A stretch of 64,000 nt of DNA from Desulfobacterales bacterium (GCA_963674755.2 CAXXVS010000002.1:1632001-1696000); one strand, 5' to 3'. Shown: positions 49,656-59,652, counted from the stretch's first letter. Numbers and translations are program-made. The notes: generated from the sequence alone by a model not told the origin.

Positions 49656-50746
49656 GGGGCCTCCCCGGCGGCAAAACAGATCCCGGACTGGGGGTCCCAG
49701 CCCACTTCGATCCTGTCGTCCCGGCGGATATAGTCGAACTGCCGGTTCTGGGGCAGGGCGATGAGCAGCTCGGTGTCGCCGTTCACCGGATGGACCAGCA
49801 GGCGGCTGTTGGCCCCGTCGAAAAGCAGGGACTTCACGATCACCTCGAAGCGGTTGAGGTGGGCCGCGTCGGTTCCCGGCTGGATGATCATGGCTTCCGG
49901 GCGCAGAAAAAGTTCCACTTTAGCGCCCGTTTGCAGCGGTTCGGTGGCCCGGCTTTTGAAGATGCGGCCGGAAGCGGTTTCAATCTCCACCGTCCCCTCC
50001 TCCCAACGGCGCACCACGCCGTACCAGGCGTTGTTCTCCCCCACGAAGCGGGCCACAAAGGGCGTGCGCGGATGGCGGTAGAGATTCTGGGGGGTGTCCA
50101 CCTGCTCGAAGCGTCCCTTGTTCATGACGGCCACATGGTCGGACATGACCAGGGCTTCGGACTGGTCGTGGGTGATGTAGACGAAGGTCGTACCCACCTG
50201 GGCCTGGAGCTTTTTAAGCTCCACCTTCATCTGCTCCCGCAGTTTGAGATCCAGGGCGCCCAGGGGTTCGTCCAGCAGAAGCACGGCCGGCTCCAGCACC
50301 AGACAGCGGGCAATGGCCACCCGCTGTCGCTGCCCGCCGGAGAGCTGGTCCACGGCCTTGTCCTCGAAGCCCGGCAGATCCACCCGCTCCAGGATGCGGG
50401 TCACCTTGCGCTGGATATCGGCGCGCTTCTCCCGGCGGCGCTGGAGCCCGAAGGCGATGTTCTGGGCCACCGTCATCATGGGAAACAGGGCCAGGTGCTG
50501 GAAGATGAGGTTGACCGGACGCCGGTTGGGCGCCACTCCGGCCATGTCGGTCCCCCGGATCATAATGGCGCCCCGGGAGGGCTCGGTAAACCCGGCAATC
50601 ATCCGCAGCAGGGTCGTTTTGCCGCAGCCCGATGGTCCCAGAATGGAGAAAAACTGCCCCTGGAGCACCTCGAAACTCACGTCATCCACGGCCGTGAATT
50701 CCCCGAAGGTCTTGGTCACCTGTTGAACGGATAGATCGGTCTGCAT
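49652..50746 (-). CDS. potA: Polyamine-type ABC transporter ATP-binding protein (PotA-like)
   Basis: GPSGCGKT, LSGGQRQR, LLDEPLGALDLKLR, C-terminal TOBE-like region. Confidence 0.9.
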   Translation of the reverse strand: MQTDLSVQQVTKTFGEFTAVDDVSFEVLQGQFFSILGPSGCGKTTLLRMIAGFTEPSRGAIMIRGTDMAGVAPNRRPVNLIFQHLALFPMMTVAQNIAFGLQRRREKRADIQRKVTRILERVDLPGFEDKAVDQLSGGQRQRVAIARCLVLEPAVLLLDEPLGALDLKLREQMKVELKKLQAQVGTTFVYITHDQSEALVMSDHVAVMNKGRFEQVDTPQNLYRHPRTPFVARFVGENNAWYGVVRRWEEGTVEIETASGRIFKSRATEPLQTGAKVELFLRPEAMIIQPGTDAAHLNRFEVIVKSLLFDGANSRLLVHPVNGDTELLIALPQNRQFDYIRRDDRIEVGWDPQSGICFAAGEAP

Positions 50747-50867
50747 AACATCTTTCAAAAAAGCGAAATGCCCTTCCGGGACAAAAAAGCATTTCCACAG
50801 AAATAAAAGCTTAGATAGATTCCAAGCGTAAGGGCAAAAATCGCAGTTTATGTTCTGGTTTACAGAT

Positions 50868-51058
50868 CCCTTTGTCCCGCGCCGAGCATCGGCGATGTGG
50901 CCGGATAAAAGCGCGCGGACCTGTTTGAGTCCCGCCGTAGCCTTGGCGAAGGCGGGGCGAGTTTCCGCGTGCTCCGGCCACAGCGACGACGCGCAGGATA
51001 GAGCGGGACACGGGCGTCTTCTTTTGGTTACTTTTCTTCCGCGCGGAAGAAAAGTAAC
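50868..51058 (+). repeat. Structured intergenic repeat, copy E
   Basis: Same architecture with nested CCGCCGTAGCCTTGGCGAAGGCGG. Confidence 0.9.
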
Positions 51059-51168
51059 GGACTAAATAATGCAACCAGCTGCAACAATGAAACGTTATCA
51101 AAGCAGAGAGATGCGGGGACCGCTGCGAAACCAGGCCCCCGCATCCGTCATCTTCCATGATCACAGCC

Positions 51169-52236
51169 TTATTGTGCCGCCTTGACCTTGTCCAGGATCT
51201 TGCCTTCGATCTCCTCCAGTTTGGCCGGCACCGGCGGATACCACTTGATGTTGTCGATATCCGCTTCCGTAAAGCTGCGGGTGAAGTTATCCTTCACCGC
51301 CGGCTCGCAGAGCTGGATGGCGCCCTTGGAGGCCGTGCCGTATTTTTCGGCGTTGGTGAACACGGCCGCATTCTCCGGCCGCAGGACGAAATTGATCCAC
51401 TTGTAGGCGGCGGACACGTTCTTGGCCTTGGCCGGGATGGCGAAGGTGTCGATCCATCCCAGGGCGCCGCTCTTGGGGGCCACGAAATCGATGTCCGGAT
51501 TTTCTGCATGAAGCTTCCAGCCGCCGTTGTCCCAGGCCATGGCCACATAGACTTCCCCCGAACGCATGCTCTGGAGCAGAGCGTCGCCGTTGGCCCAATA
51601 GGTCTTAACGATGGGTTTGCCGGCGATCAGCTTCTGGCCGACCTCTTCCATGAGGGCTTTATAAGCCACGGGATCGCTGTAAAGGGCGAAGGGATCCTTG
51701 CCCATCGAAAAGGCGATGGCGATCAAGGTGGGGCGTTTCAGGCGGTAGCTGACCCGGCCCGTGTACTTGGGATCGAGCAGCGCGGTGTAGTCCTTGGCAT
51801 CCGGCGCGTACTTCTTGTTCACGATCAGGCCGGAGGTGCCGTAGACATGGGGTATGCCATAGCTCTTGCCGTCCACCAGGGTGTTCTTCTTCACGGCTTC
51901 CAGCATGGAGGCCACGATCTGCCCGGTCTTGAGCTGGCTGTAGTCGATGGGCTGGTAGATCTTGAACTCGGCCTGCACCGAGGAAATGCGGTCCTGGCTG
52001 GGCTGGGCCAGGTCGAACCCGGCCCCGCGGGTGGCCCGCAGCTTGGCGATCATCTCTTCGTTGTTGGAGTAGGTCGGTTTCACTTCGATGCCGGTTTCGG
52101 CCTGGAATTTATCGATCAGCGCCTTGGGCGCATAGCCTTTCCAGGTCAGCAGTTCCAGGGTTTCGGCCCCGACCGGCGCCACGATCAGTGCCAGGAAGGC
52201 GCCCAATACCATCAGACAAACGAGTGTACGCTTCAT
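51169..52236 (-). CDS. potD: Polyamine-type ABC transporter substrate-binding protein (PotD-like)
   Basis: Signal peptide; TWKGYAP, YSNNEEMIAKL, WIDTFAIP. Confidence 0.88.
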   Translation of the reverse strand: MKRTLVCLMVLGAFLALIVAPVGAETLELLTWKGYAPKALIDKFQAETGIEVKPTYSNNEEMIAKLRATRGAGFDLAQPSQDRISSVQAEFKIYQPIDYSQLKTGQIVASMLEAVKKNTLVDGKSYGIPHVYGTSGLIVNKKYAPDAKDYTALLDPKYTGRVSYRLKRPTLIAIAFSMGKDPFALYSDPVAYKALMEEVGQKLIAGKPIVKTYWANGDALLQSMRSGEVYVAMAWDNGGWKLHAENPDIDFVAPKSGALGWIDTFAIPAKAKNVSAAYKWINFVLRPENAAVFTNAEKYGTASKGAIQLCEPAVKDNFTRSFTEADIDNIKWYPPVPAKLEEIEGKILDKVKAAQ

Positions 52237-52349
52237 TTCCTCTCCTCCTTGCATAGGGGTTGGTTATATAACATGCGAAAACCGTCCGGCCGTGCGGCCA
52301 AGCATGAAAGCGACCGTTTAGCCGGTTTATGTTAAGCCTTTGTGAGCCC

Positions 52350-53219
52350 TCAGCGTTTTCCAAAGAGCGGCAGCACCAGATGATCGACCCAGTTGCGCAG
52401 CTCCTGCTCGCGGATGGCCGGATCCAGGATATCGTCCCCGATCTGCAACGCTTGCCGCAGCACGGCGGATTGGGGATCGGCGTGCAGCGCCTCCAACCGG
52501 GCCGCAAAAGCCGCCACCTCTTCCTCCTGTGCAAAAAACCCCTCTTTGGTCAGGGGGGTCGCCCGGGCGGCGATCAGACGGGCCATCTCCCGCAGGTTGA
52601 ATTCCGGGTGGTACTGGGTGGCCCAGAAGGTGCCCTGCCCGTATTTTACTTCCAGGGCCTGCACCCGGGTGTGGTCGCCCACGGCCAGCAGGGTCGCACC
52701 GGGGGGCAGCTGCGTCACTTCATCCAGGTGCATGATGAAGCCGTCGAAGCGTTCCGGCTTGCCCGCCATCAGGGGGGATTGCCGCCCTTCCGCCGTCAGC
52801 CGGATGTCCCGGGCGATGCACCATTCCCGGCCCTTGGGGTTCTTGGCCACCGCGCCCCCGGCCGCCACGGCCGCCATCTGAATCCCCCAGCAGCTGCCGC
52901 AGGCGGGCACCCCGGCCTCGAAAATGCGCCGGGCCAGCGCGATCTGGCGTGTTACCCGGGGATCGTCGTCGTGGTAGATGGTGAGGTCCGATCCGGTCCA
53001 GATGAACCCGGCGTAGTCCGCCAGGGCCGCGCCTTCCGGCAGCGCCTGGTCCGGATCGGCCACGAACCAGGTCTCCACCGCGGCTTGCGGCAGATGGCGT
53101 TTTAAAACGTCTTGGAAGAAATCGTGGGGATGGCCCACGCCGGTGCGGTCGAAGTTTTCCCGGCTTTGGCGGGGGTAGCCGTTTAATACGGCAATGGCCA
53201 AACGCGGTTCGGCGTTCAT
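52350..53219 (-). CDS. Type 1 glutamine amidotransferase-like protein
   Basis: GSCWGIQ nucleophile Cys; QYHPE. Confidence 0.88.
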   Translation of the reverse strand: MNAEPRLAIAVLNGYPRQSRENFDRTGVGHPHDFFQDVLKRHLPQAAVETWFVADPDQALPEGAALADYAGFIWTGSDLTIYHDDDPRVTRQIALARRIFEAGVPACGSCWGIQMAAVAAGGAVAKNPKGREWCIARDIRLTAEGRQSPLMAGKPERFDGFIMHLDEVTQLPPGATLLAVGDHTRVQALEVKYGQGTFWATQYHPEFNLREMARLIAARATPLTKEGFFAQEEEVAAFAARLEALHADPQSAVLRQALQIGDDILDPAIREQELRNWVDHLVLPLFGKR

Positions 53220-53246
53220 AGAACTCCCTTCAGGTCGTCCAGGCTC

Positions 53247-54050
53247 TCAGCGCAGCAGGGCCAGACGCTGGGGAAAATCGGTAATCAGGCCATCCACCCC
53301 AAGGGCCATGAAGCGGCGCATGTCCATGGCGTCGTTCACCGTAAACAGGTTGATGGTCAGACCCTGCTGTTTGCGGGCCACGATGTCCTGATCCCGGATC
53401 AGGGTGTGCCGCGCATTGTAGGTGTGAAAGGTCAAGGGTCCCCAATCCAGGGGCCGGTCGCTGTAATAGCCGATGAGGGCTTGGGTTTCCAGCGCCGGCC
53501 GGCGGCTTTGGACCTCTTCCAGCCAGGTATGGTTGAAGGAGGAGATCAGGATCTGGTCCGGGCCGAGGCCCACGCGGTCGACCATCTCCAACATCCGCGG
53601 CACCACCGGAAAGCGATCCATGGGTGCCGGCAGGGCCTTGAGCTCCAGGTTCAACTTCCAGCCCGCCTCCCGGGTGAAAACAAACGCTTCCTCCAGGGTG
53701 GGCACCTGAACCCCACGGCAGGCCTTCTGATCCGTCTCGGAAACCGCCCCGGCCGCAATCTGGCCGTGGGGATCGGATTCCAGGAACCACGATCCGGCGT
53801 CCAGGGTGCGGATCTCCGCCAGGCTGAACGTGGTAAAGGGGTCGTAGGCCCGCTCCGGGTAGCGCTGCGCCACATCCGTCGTGCGCCCGAGCAGGTCGTC
53901 GTGCAACAGGACCAACTGTTCGTCCCGGGTCACGGCCAGGTCGGTCTCCCACAGGTCAGCCCCGGCTTCCAAACCCCGCCGGGCTGCCAGAAGGGTGTTC
54001 TCCGGTGCCAGGCTGCGTGCCCCGCGGTGTGCGATGTTCAATACCATCAT
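53247..54050 (-). CDS. Glycerophosphodiester phosphodiesterase family protein
   Basis: IAHRGA..APENT, WETD, GVDGLITDFP. Confidence 0.9.
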   Translation of the reverse strand: MMVLNIAHRGARSLAPENTLLAARRGLEAGADLWETDLAVTRDEQLVLLHDDLLGRTTDVAQRYPERAYDPFTTFSLAEIRTLDAGSWFLESDPHGQIAAGAVSETDQKACRGVQVPTLEEAFVFTREAGWKLNLELKALPAPMDRFPVVPRMLEMVDRVGLGPDQILISSFNHTWLEEVQSRRPALETQALIGYYSDRPLDWGPLTFHTYNARHTLIRDQDIVARKQQGLTINLFTVNDAMDMRRFMALGVDGLITDFPQRLALLR

Positions 54051-54334
54051 GGAATCCACATGAAAGTTGTCTGTCCGCAAAAGGTGGGACGCGATTAACA
54101 CCACTTCAATAGCGGACTTGCCCCCGGTTTGGCAAGACATAGAATCGGCGTTCGCCACGATTCAGCCGACCTGCTGAAATTCCTTTGAAATCTCACCGAT
54201 GAAATGGGAAAAAGCACCCCGGGCGAGGCCGCGCATGGGTCTCAGAAGTCACCTTGCCCGTCGATTGTCCAAAACCGGCAACTATGATATGGGCAGGCCA
54301 TCTGAAACGCATTCCATCCTCACAGGAGAACCCC

Positions 54335-55714
54335 ATGGCGGAACTCAAAGGCATGTTGACGCTGGCGCAGCTCGGTAATCTGGCCCGGGAAAATGTCATC
54401 CATACGGTTCAGGTGGTCTTCACGGATCTCTACGGCCGTTTTCTGGGTAAACGCATCGACGTGGATTTCTTCCTGGACCAGGTGGCCGAACACGGCACCC
54501 ACGCCTGCAACTACCTGCTCACCGTGGACATGGAAATGGAGCCCGTCCCGGGCTATGATTTTGCCAACTGGGAAAAGGGCTACGGTGATTTTCACCTGGT
54601 GCCCGATCTGGCCACCCTGCGGGTCACGAGCTGGCTGGAGGGTACGGCCCTGGTCATCTGCGACGTCCACCATGTCGACCGCCACGCGCCGGTCATGCAG
54701 GCCCCGCGCTCCCTGCTGCAGGCCCGAATCCAGGACGCCACGCAGATGGGGTTTGCCCCCATGGTGGGTTCGGAACTGGAGTACTACATTTTTGAAGACA
54801 ACTACCGCGATGCGTCCGAGAAGGGCTATGCCGGGCTGCAGCCGGCCGGCTGGTACCTGGAAGATTATCACATGCTCCAGGGCAGCCGGGAAGAATCCTT
54901 CAATGCGGCCGTGCGCCGCCATCTGAAGGCCTCCGGCATCCCGGTGGAGTGTTCCAAGGGGGAATGGGGCCTCGGCCAGCACGAAATCAACGTCCAATAC
55001 AGTGACGCCCTGCAGATGGCCGACCGCCACGGCGTCTTCAAACAGTGCCTGCGGGAAGTGGCCGACCAGCAGGGGCGCAGCATCACCTTCATGGCCAAGT
55101 TCGCCACGGACCAGGCCGGCTCCAGCTGCCACTTGCATGTCAGCCTGCAAAAAGACGGCCGTAATGCCTTTGCCGGGCAGGAGACCTTCGGCCCGGTGCA
55201 ATGCTCGCCCGAGTTCAAATGGTTTTTAGGGGGCTGGCTGGCCCACGTACCCGAGTGCATGGTCTTCTATGCCCCCACCATCAACGCCTACAAACGCTAC
55301 CAGACCGGGTCCTGGGCCCCGACCCGCATCGCCTGGAGTCACGACAACCGCACGGCCGGCTTCCGGGTGGTGGGCAGCGGCGAGAGCCTGCGCATCGAGT
55401 GCCGCATCCCGGGGGCGGACTGCAACCCCTACCTGGCCTTTGCGGCCGCCATCGCCTCGGGCCTGGACGGCATCCGCAACCACATCGAACCCCCGGCCAT
55501 TTTCGAAGGCGACATGTACGCCGCCCAGGATCTGCCCGGTGTCCCCGCCACCCTGCGGGATGCCATCGCCTCCTTCGAGGGCAGCGAGTGGCAGAAATCC
55601 CTGTTGGGGGAAGCGGTGGTCCGCCATTACACCCACTTCTTCCAGGTCGAGCAGACCGCCTACGACCAGGCCGTTACCGACTGGGAGCGCAGGCGCTATT
55701 TCGAAAGAATATAG
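54335..55714 (+). CDS. Glutamine synthetase-like protein (probable gamma-glutamyl-amine synthetase)
   Basis: ELEYY, GEWGLGQHEIN, GSSCHLH, DNRTAGFR, RIECRIPGAD; AGGAG RBS. Confidence 0.88.
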   Translation: MAELKGMLTLAQLGNLARENVIHTVQVVFTDLYGRFLGKRIDVDFFLDQVAEHGTHACNYLLTVDMEMEPVPGYDFANWEKGYGDFHLVPDLATLRVTSWLEGTALVICDVHHVDRHAPVMQAPRSLLQARIQDATQMGFAPMVGSELEYYIFEDNYRDASEKGYAGLQPAGWYLEDYHMLQGSREESFNAAVRRHLKASGIPVECSKGEWGLGQHEINVQYSDALQMADRHGVFKQCLREVADQQGRSITFMAKFATDQAGSSCHLHVSLQKDGRNAFAGQETFGPVQCSPEFKWFLGGWLAHVPECMVFYAPTINAYKRYQTGSWAPTRIAWSHDNRTAGFRVVGSGESLRIECRIPGADCNPYLAFAAAIASGLDGIRNHIEPPAIFEGDMYAAQDLPGVPATLRDAIASFEGSEWQKSLLGEAVVRHYTHFFQVEQTAYDQAVTDWERRRYFERI

Positions 55715-55936
55715 AGAAGCAATCCCAAAAAAGTCTTTTCGCCCGATCCGCCAGAGGCGGACAAGTCTCGGCGTTGAAGCCTCGTCTTAAGTCCTCGACA
55801 TTCATGCATCCGCATGCCGTATGCCTGCGGGCACCCCCCATTGCTGATTTCATCAGATGGGAAGTCCCGCTTTACGGGAATGAGACTCGGCTTCGCCTTG
55901 ATCTCGAACGAAAATCCAATTTTTAGCATCGCTTCT
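55715..55936. repeat. Degenerate palindrome-bounded intergenic element
   Basis: Imperfect IR AGAAGCAATCCCAAAAA / TTTTTAGCATCGCTTCT with nested TCCGCCAGAGGCGGA hairpin. Confidence 0.5.
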
Positions 55937-56036
55937 GGCTAAGTCTCTGTTTCGTTTGGGGGAAACCCCATGGTGTGCGACGTGCCCGGCGGCAAACGAG
56001 AAATGATTACAGGCAATAGCGGTAGTCTGCTTAATT

Positions 56037-56234
56037 CCCTTTGTCACGAGGCCTGCGCAGCGGGGTTGCGGACGAGAAAGGCGCGGCGACTGTCTGAGCC
56101 CTGCCGTAGCCTTGGCGAAGGCGGGGCGAGTTTCGGCGCGTCCGGCCGCAAACCCGATGTGCAGGCGGTCCCGAAGGGCTCGTGACAGGGCGCCTTCTTT
56201 TGGTTACTTTTCTTCCGCGGGGAAGAAAAGTAAC
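56037..56234 (+). repeat. Structured intergenic repeat, copy F (divergent subfamily)
   Basis: CCCTTTGTCACGAG...CTCGTGACAGGG plus GTTACTTTTCTTCC..GGAAGAAAAGTAAC. Confidence 0.85.
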
Positions 56235-56352
56235 GATAAAAACAATGCCCACCAAGCACTCTGTTCTTGTGAACCTGTCAAAGGCCGATTTTCTAATCAA
56301 TGGTTCACAAACGACGGCGCCTTCTTACCAAACAGTCCCTGCGGGCAATTCC

Positions 56353-57726
56353 TCACGCCGCCCCATCCCGGAAATTGATACTCTTGGGCCGCGTCAGGGC
56401 ATAATACCCGTAGCGTGACAGGCTCGATCCCCGTCCGCTGTCCTTGACCCCGGTCCAGGGCAGCCCCGGGTCGAGATAGTCGCAGCGGTTCTGGTAGACG
56501 GTCCCCGCCTCCAGACGGGCGGCAAACCACTCGGCCCGCTCCCGGCTGCGGGTCCACACCGAGGCTGTCAGCCCGTAGCGCGAGGCGTTCATCTGCGCCA
56601 GGGCCTCATCATCGTCCGCCACCGCCCGCACCGGCAGGAGCGGGCCGAAACTCTCCTCCTGCATGACGGTTGCGTCGTTGTCCACGTCCGCCAGGAGCGT
56701 CGGGAGGTAGAAATTGCCCGGGGTTCCTTCCAGGCGTTTGCCGCCGGCCAGCAGCCGGGCCCCGCGCCCCACGGCATCCTGCACCTGGCCTTCCAGCACT
56801 TCCAGGGCCGAACGGTCGGCCAGCGGGCCCAGGGTCGTTGCGGGATCCATGGGATCGCCGGGCTTGTAGTGCGCCAGGGCCTCCAGGGCCTGCTCGATAA
56901 AGGCCTCGTAGATCTTGCGGTGCACATAGACCCGCTCGATGGCGCAGCAGGACTGCCCGCCATTGTAAAGGGCGCCCTCCACCACCGCGGGCACGCTGTA
57001 GGCCAGATCGGCATCTTCGGCCACATAGGCCGGATCCTTGCCCCCCAGCTCCAGCCCCACATCGATGAAGCGGCCGGCCGCGGCTTGGTGGACGCGCCGG
57101 CCGCCGTTCACGGAGCCCGTGAACACCACGTGATCGAGGCGGGGATCCTGGATCAGGTCGAGGGTCTGATCGTGGGTTAGCACCAGGTTGGTCAAAAGCC
57201 CCGGCAGATGATCGAAGGCGTTCTGAAAATGCTCGCCGCACAGGGGCGTCTTGGCGCTGTGTTTGAGCAGGACGGCGTTGCCCGCGGCCAGGGCCGGCAC
57301 CACCACGTTGACCGCAATGAGCAGGGGGTAATTCCAGGCCGCGATGTCCAGGACCAGTCCCAGGGGTGCCCGTTCGATCCGGCGCAGGAGCCCGTCACGC
57401 GGCGGCAGCACCTCCGGGGCAAGGGTCTCTTCGGCAATGGCCAGCATGAATTCGGCCCGCTCGAAGAAGCCGCCAATCTCATTGCGGGCCTCGCGCAGCG
57501 GCTTGCCCATCTGCCTGGTGATGTCGGCGGCGATGGCCTCCCGATGGTCCCGAAAATAGTCCAGGCCGCGGCGCACCGCGGCGATGCGTTCCCCCAGGGG
57601 CGCCCGCCGCCATTGGTCAAAGGCGGTCCTGGCCGCGACGATTTTATCCTCCAAGGCGGTCTCCGTCTCGAAGCGCAATTCGCGATACATACTCTGGTCG
57701 TAGGGATTGATGACACGCAGGGGCAT
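56353..57726 (-). CDS. Aldehyde dehydrogenase
   Basis: AWNYP, FTGS, LELGGKDP, GQSCCA, EESFGP. Confidence 0.93.
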   Translation of the reverse strand: MPLRVINPYDQSMYRELRFETETALEDKIVAARTAFDQWRRAPLGERIAAVRRGLDYFRDHREAIAADITRQMGKPLREARNEIGGFFERAEFMLAIAEETLAPEVLPPRDGLLRRIERAPLGLVLDIAAWNYPLLIAVNVVVPALAAGNAVLLKHSAKTPLCGEHFQNAFDHLPGLLTNLVLTHDQTLDLIQDPRLDHVVFTGSVNGGRRVHQAAAGRFIDVGLELGGKDPAYVAEDADLAYSVPAVVEGALYNGGQSCCAIERVYVHRKIYEAFIEQALEALAHYKPGDPMDPATTLGPLADRSALEVLEGQVQDAVGRGARLLAGGKRLEGTPGNFYLPTLLADVDNDATVMQEESFGPLLPVRAVADDDEALAQMNASRYGLTASVWTRSRERAEWFAARLEAGTVYQNRCDYLDPGLPWTGVKDSGRGSSLSRYGYYALTRPKSINFRDGAA

Positions 57727-57932
57727 GGGGTTCTCTCCTTGGTGGTCCTTGATGTTCCCGAGGGCTTGGGTTCGGCACCGCTGCCCGCCGTTGCGGCAAC
57801 AAACGATCTTGATTATTCCCGTCCGGATGATAATGAAGGGCAGCTGGTGGGGCTGCGGCAGTTCGAAGAAGTTCTTTTGCCATTGAAGTTAAGCGATGTC
57901 AAACCATCGTCAAGCAAAGACCGGAGAAGCAC

Positions 57933-58391
57933 ATGAGCGATCGTTGGCGGGTGTTTGTCTATGGCACCCTGAAAAAGGGGTTTCCCAACCATGCGCGCTA
58001 TCTGGCGGATGCCGACCTGTTGGGAACCTTCCGCACCCGGGAGCGCTTCCGGCTCGTGCTGAACGGCGAGCGCTTCTCCCCCTGTCTGCTGGCCGGGGCC
58101 GGCCAGGGACGACGGGTCATAGGAGAAGTCTACGCCGTAGACCGGTCGGGGCTGCAGCAGCTCGACCGCCTGGAGCGCATCCATCTTCCGGACGGCTACC
58201 GGCGCCAGCGCATCGTCGTGGATGCGGTCGACAGCTCCCCGCCGGAATCCTGCGACGTGTTTGCCTATCTGAAACATCCCGAAGGGGTGACCGATCCGCG
58301 CTCCGAGCCCCTCGAAGTCTACACCCCGGAGGCGGCCCGCGCCTACCGCAGACGAAATGAAGGAAGTGGGGATGAAAAAAGAACCACCTGA
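57933..58391 (+). CDS. Gamma-glutamylcyclotransferase family protein
   Basis: VFVYGTLKKG, GEVY, LDRLE. Confidence 0.88.
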   Translation: MSDRWRVFVYGTLKKGFPNHARYLADADLLGTFRTRERFRLVLNGERFSPCLLAGAGQGRRVIGEVYAVDRSGLQQLDRLERIHLPDGYRRQRIVVDAVDSSPPESCDVFAYLKHPEGVTDPRSEPLEVYTPEAARAYRRRNEGSGDEKRTT

Positions 58392-59526
58392 CAGGACCGA
58401 TCCGGCCGCCGTCGAGCTGGAGACCCTGCGGCAAGCCATCGACGCCATCGACCACGACATAGTGGCCCTCCTCAAGGCGCGCCAGGAACAGGTGGACCGT
58501 GTGCTGGCCCTCAAGCGGGCCCACGGCCTGCCGGTCTACCATCCGTCCCGGGAGGAAAACCTGATCTCGGAAAAACGACGTACGGCGCGCGCCGTCGGTT
58601 TGGACCCGGATTTCCTGGAAGACCTTTTCCGACGGATCCTGCGGCAATCACGCGTCGAACAAACCGCCCAGTTGGCCCGCCGGGGCACCAAACCGGGCGC
58701 CCGCATCCTCCTGGTAGGGGGCGCCGGCGCCATGGGGCGTTATCTGCAGCGCTGGTTCAGGGAGGCCGGCTACACGGTTCGCCTTCTGGAACGCGAGGAC
58801 TGGGATCGCGCCGCCGTCCTGTGCGACGGCATTGCCCTGGCCCTGCTGAGCGTGCCGATCGGCCAGACGGCCGCAGTGGCCCGTCGCCTGGCCCCCCATC
58901 TGCCGCCGGATTGCCTCCTGGGCGATGTCACCAGCCTGAAGGCGGCGCCCCTGGAGGCCATGCTGGCTGCCCATCCCGGGCCGGTGGTGGGCCTGCACCC
59001 CCTGTTCGGCCCGGCCACGACTTCCCTGGACAAGCAGGTGGTCATCACCACCCCCGGACGCCGCCCGGCAGATTGCCAGTGGTTGCTGGACCAGTTTGCG
59101 GATTGGGGCGCCATCGTGATCCAGGCCGATCCGCTGGAGCACGACGAGGCCATGGACGTTATCCAGGCCCTGCGGCATTTTGCGGCCTTCACTTTCGGCA
59201 AATTTTTGTTCGAACGCCGGGTGGCCCTGGATCGGACCCTGGACTTTTCCAGCCCCATCTACCGCCTCGAACTGGGCATGGTGGGACGGCTGTTCGCCCA
59301 GGATCCGGCCCTGTATTCGGAAATCATCCTGGCCACCCCCGGCCGCCGACAGCTCCTGCGGGACTATCTGGCCTCCCTGGGGGACAGCCTGGCCTTATTC
59401 GAAACCGGGGACAAGGCGGCTTTTGAAGCGCTTTTCCGCGAGATCGCCGCCTGGTTCGACCCCTTCAGCGGGCAGGCGTTGCGGGAGACGACCTATCTAA
59501 TAGACAAGCTCATCGAGCGCTTCTGA
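58372..59526 (+). CDS. tyrA: Bifunctional chorismate mutase/prephenate dehydrogenase
   Basis: LRQAIDAID CM domain; GGAGAMG, DVTSLK, HPLFGP, SSPIYRLEL. Confidence 0.92.
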   Translation: MKKEPPDRTDPAAVELETLRQAIDAIDHDIVALLKARQEQVDRVLALKRAHGLPVYHPSREENLISEKRRTARAVGLDPDFLEDLFRRILRQSRVEQTAQLARRGTKPGARILLVGGAGAMGRYLQRWFREAGYTVRLLEREDWDRAAVLCDGIALALLSVPIGQTAAVARRLAPHLPPDCLLGDVTSLKAAPLEAMLAAHPGPVVGLHPLFGPATTSLDKQVVITTPGRRPADCQWLLDQFADWGAIVIQADPLEHDEAMDVIQALRHFAAFTFGKFLFERRVALDRTLDFSSPIYRLELGMVGRLFAQDPALYSEIILATPGRRQLLRDYLASLGDSLALFETGDKAAFEALFREIAAWFDPFSGQALRETTYLIDKLIERF

Positions 59527-59652
59527 GCCGGTGGCGTAGAATGGCCGATATCGGCGTTGTGCGGCGCCATTCGGCGTTGCGGCGTACCTGGTGTACGCCT
59601 CGCTTCTCAAGGCTTGCACGCCTTGATCTCGACCATTCTACGCCACCGGCTC
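59525..59652. repeat. REP-like palindromic element with GGCGTAC..GTACGCC core
   Basis: 20-bp terminal IR GAGCCGGTGGCGTAGAATGG / CCATTCTACGCCACCGGCTC. Confidence 0.8.

Noticed and set aside
52270..52300. Possible sigma54 promoter upstream of the PotD-like gene
   Set aside because: GG-to-GC spacing is 9 rather than 10
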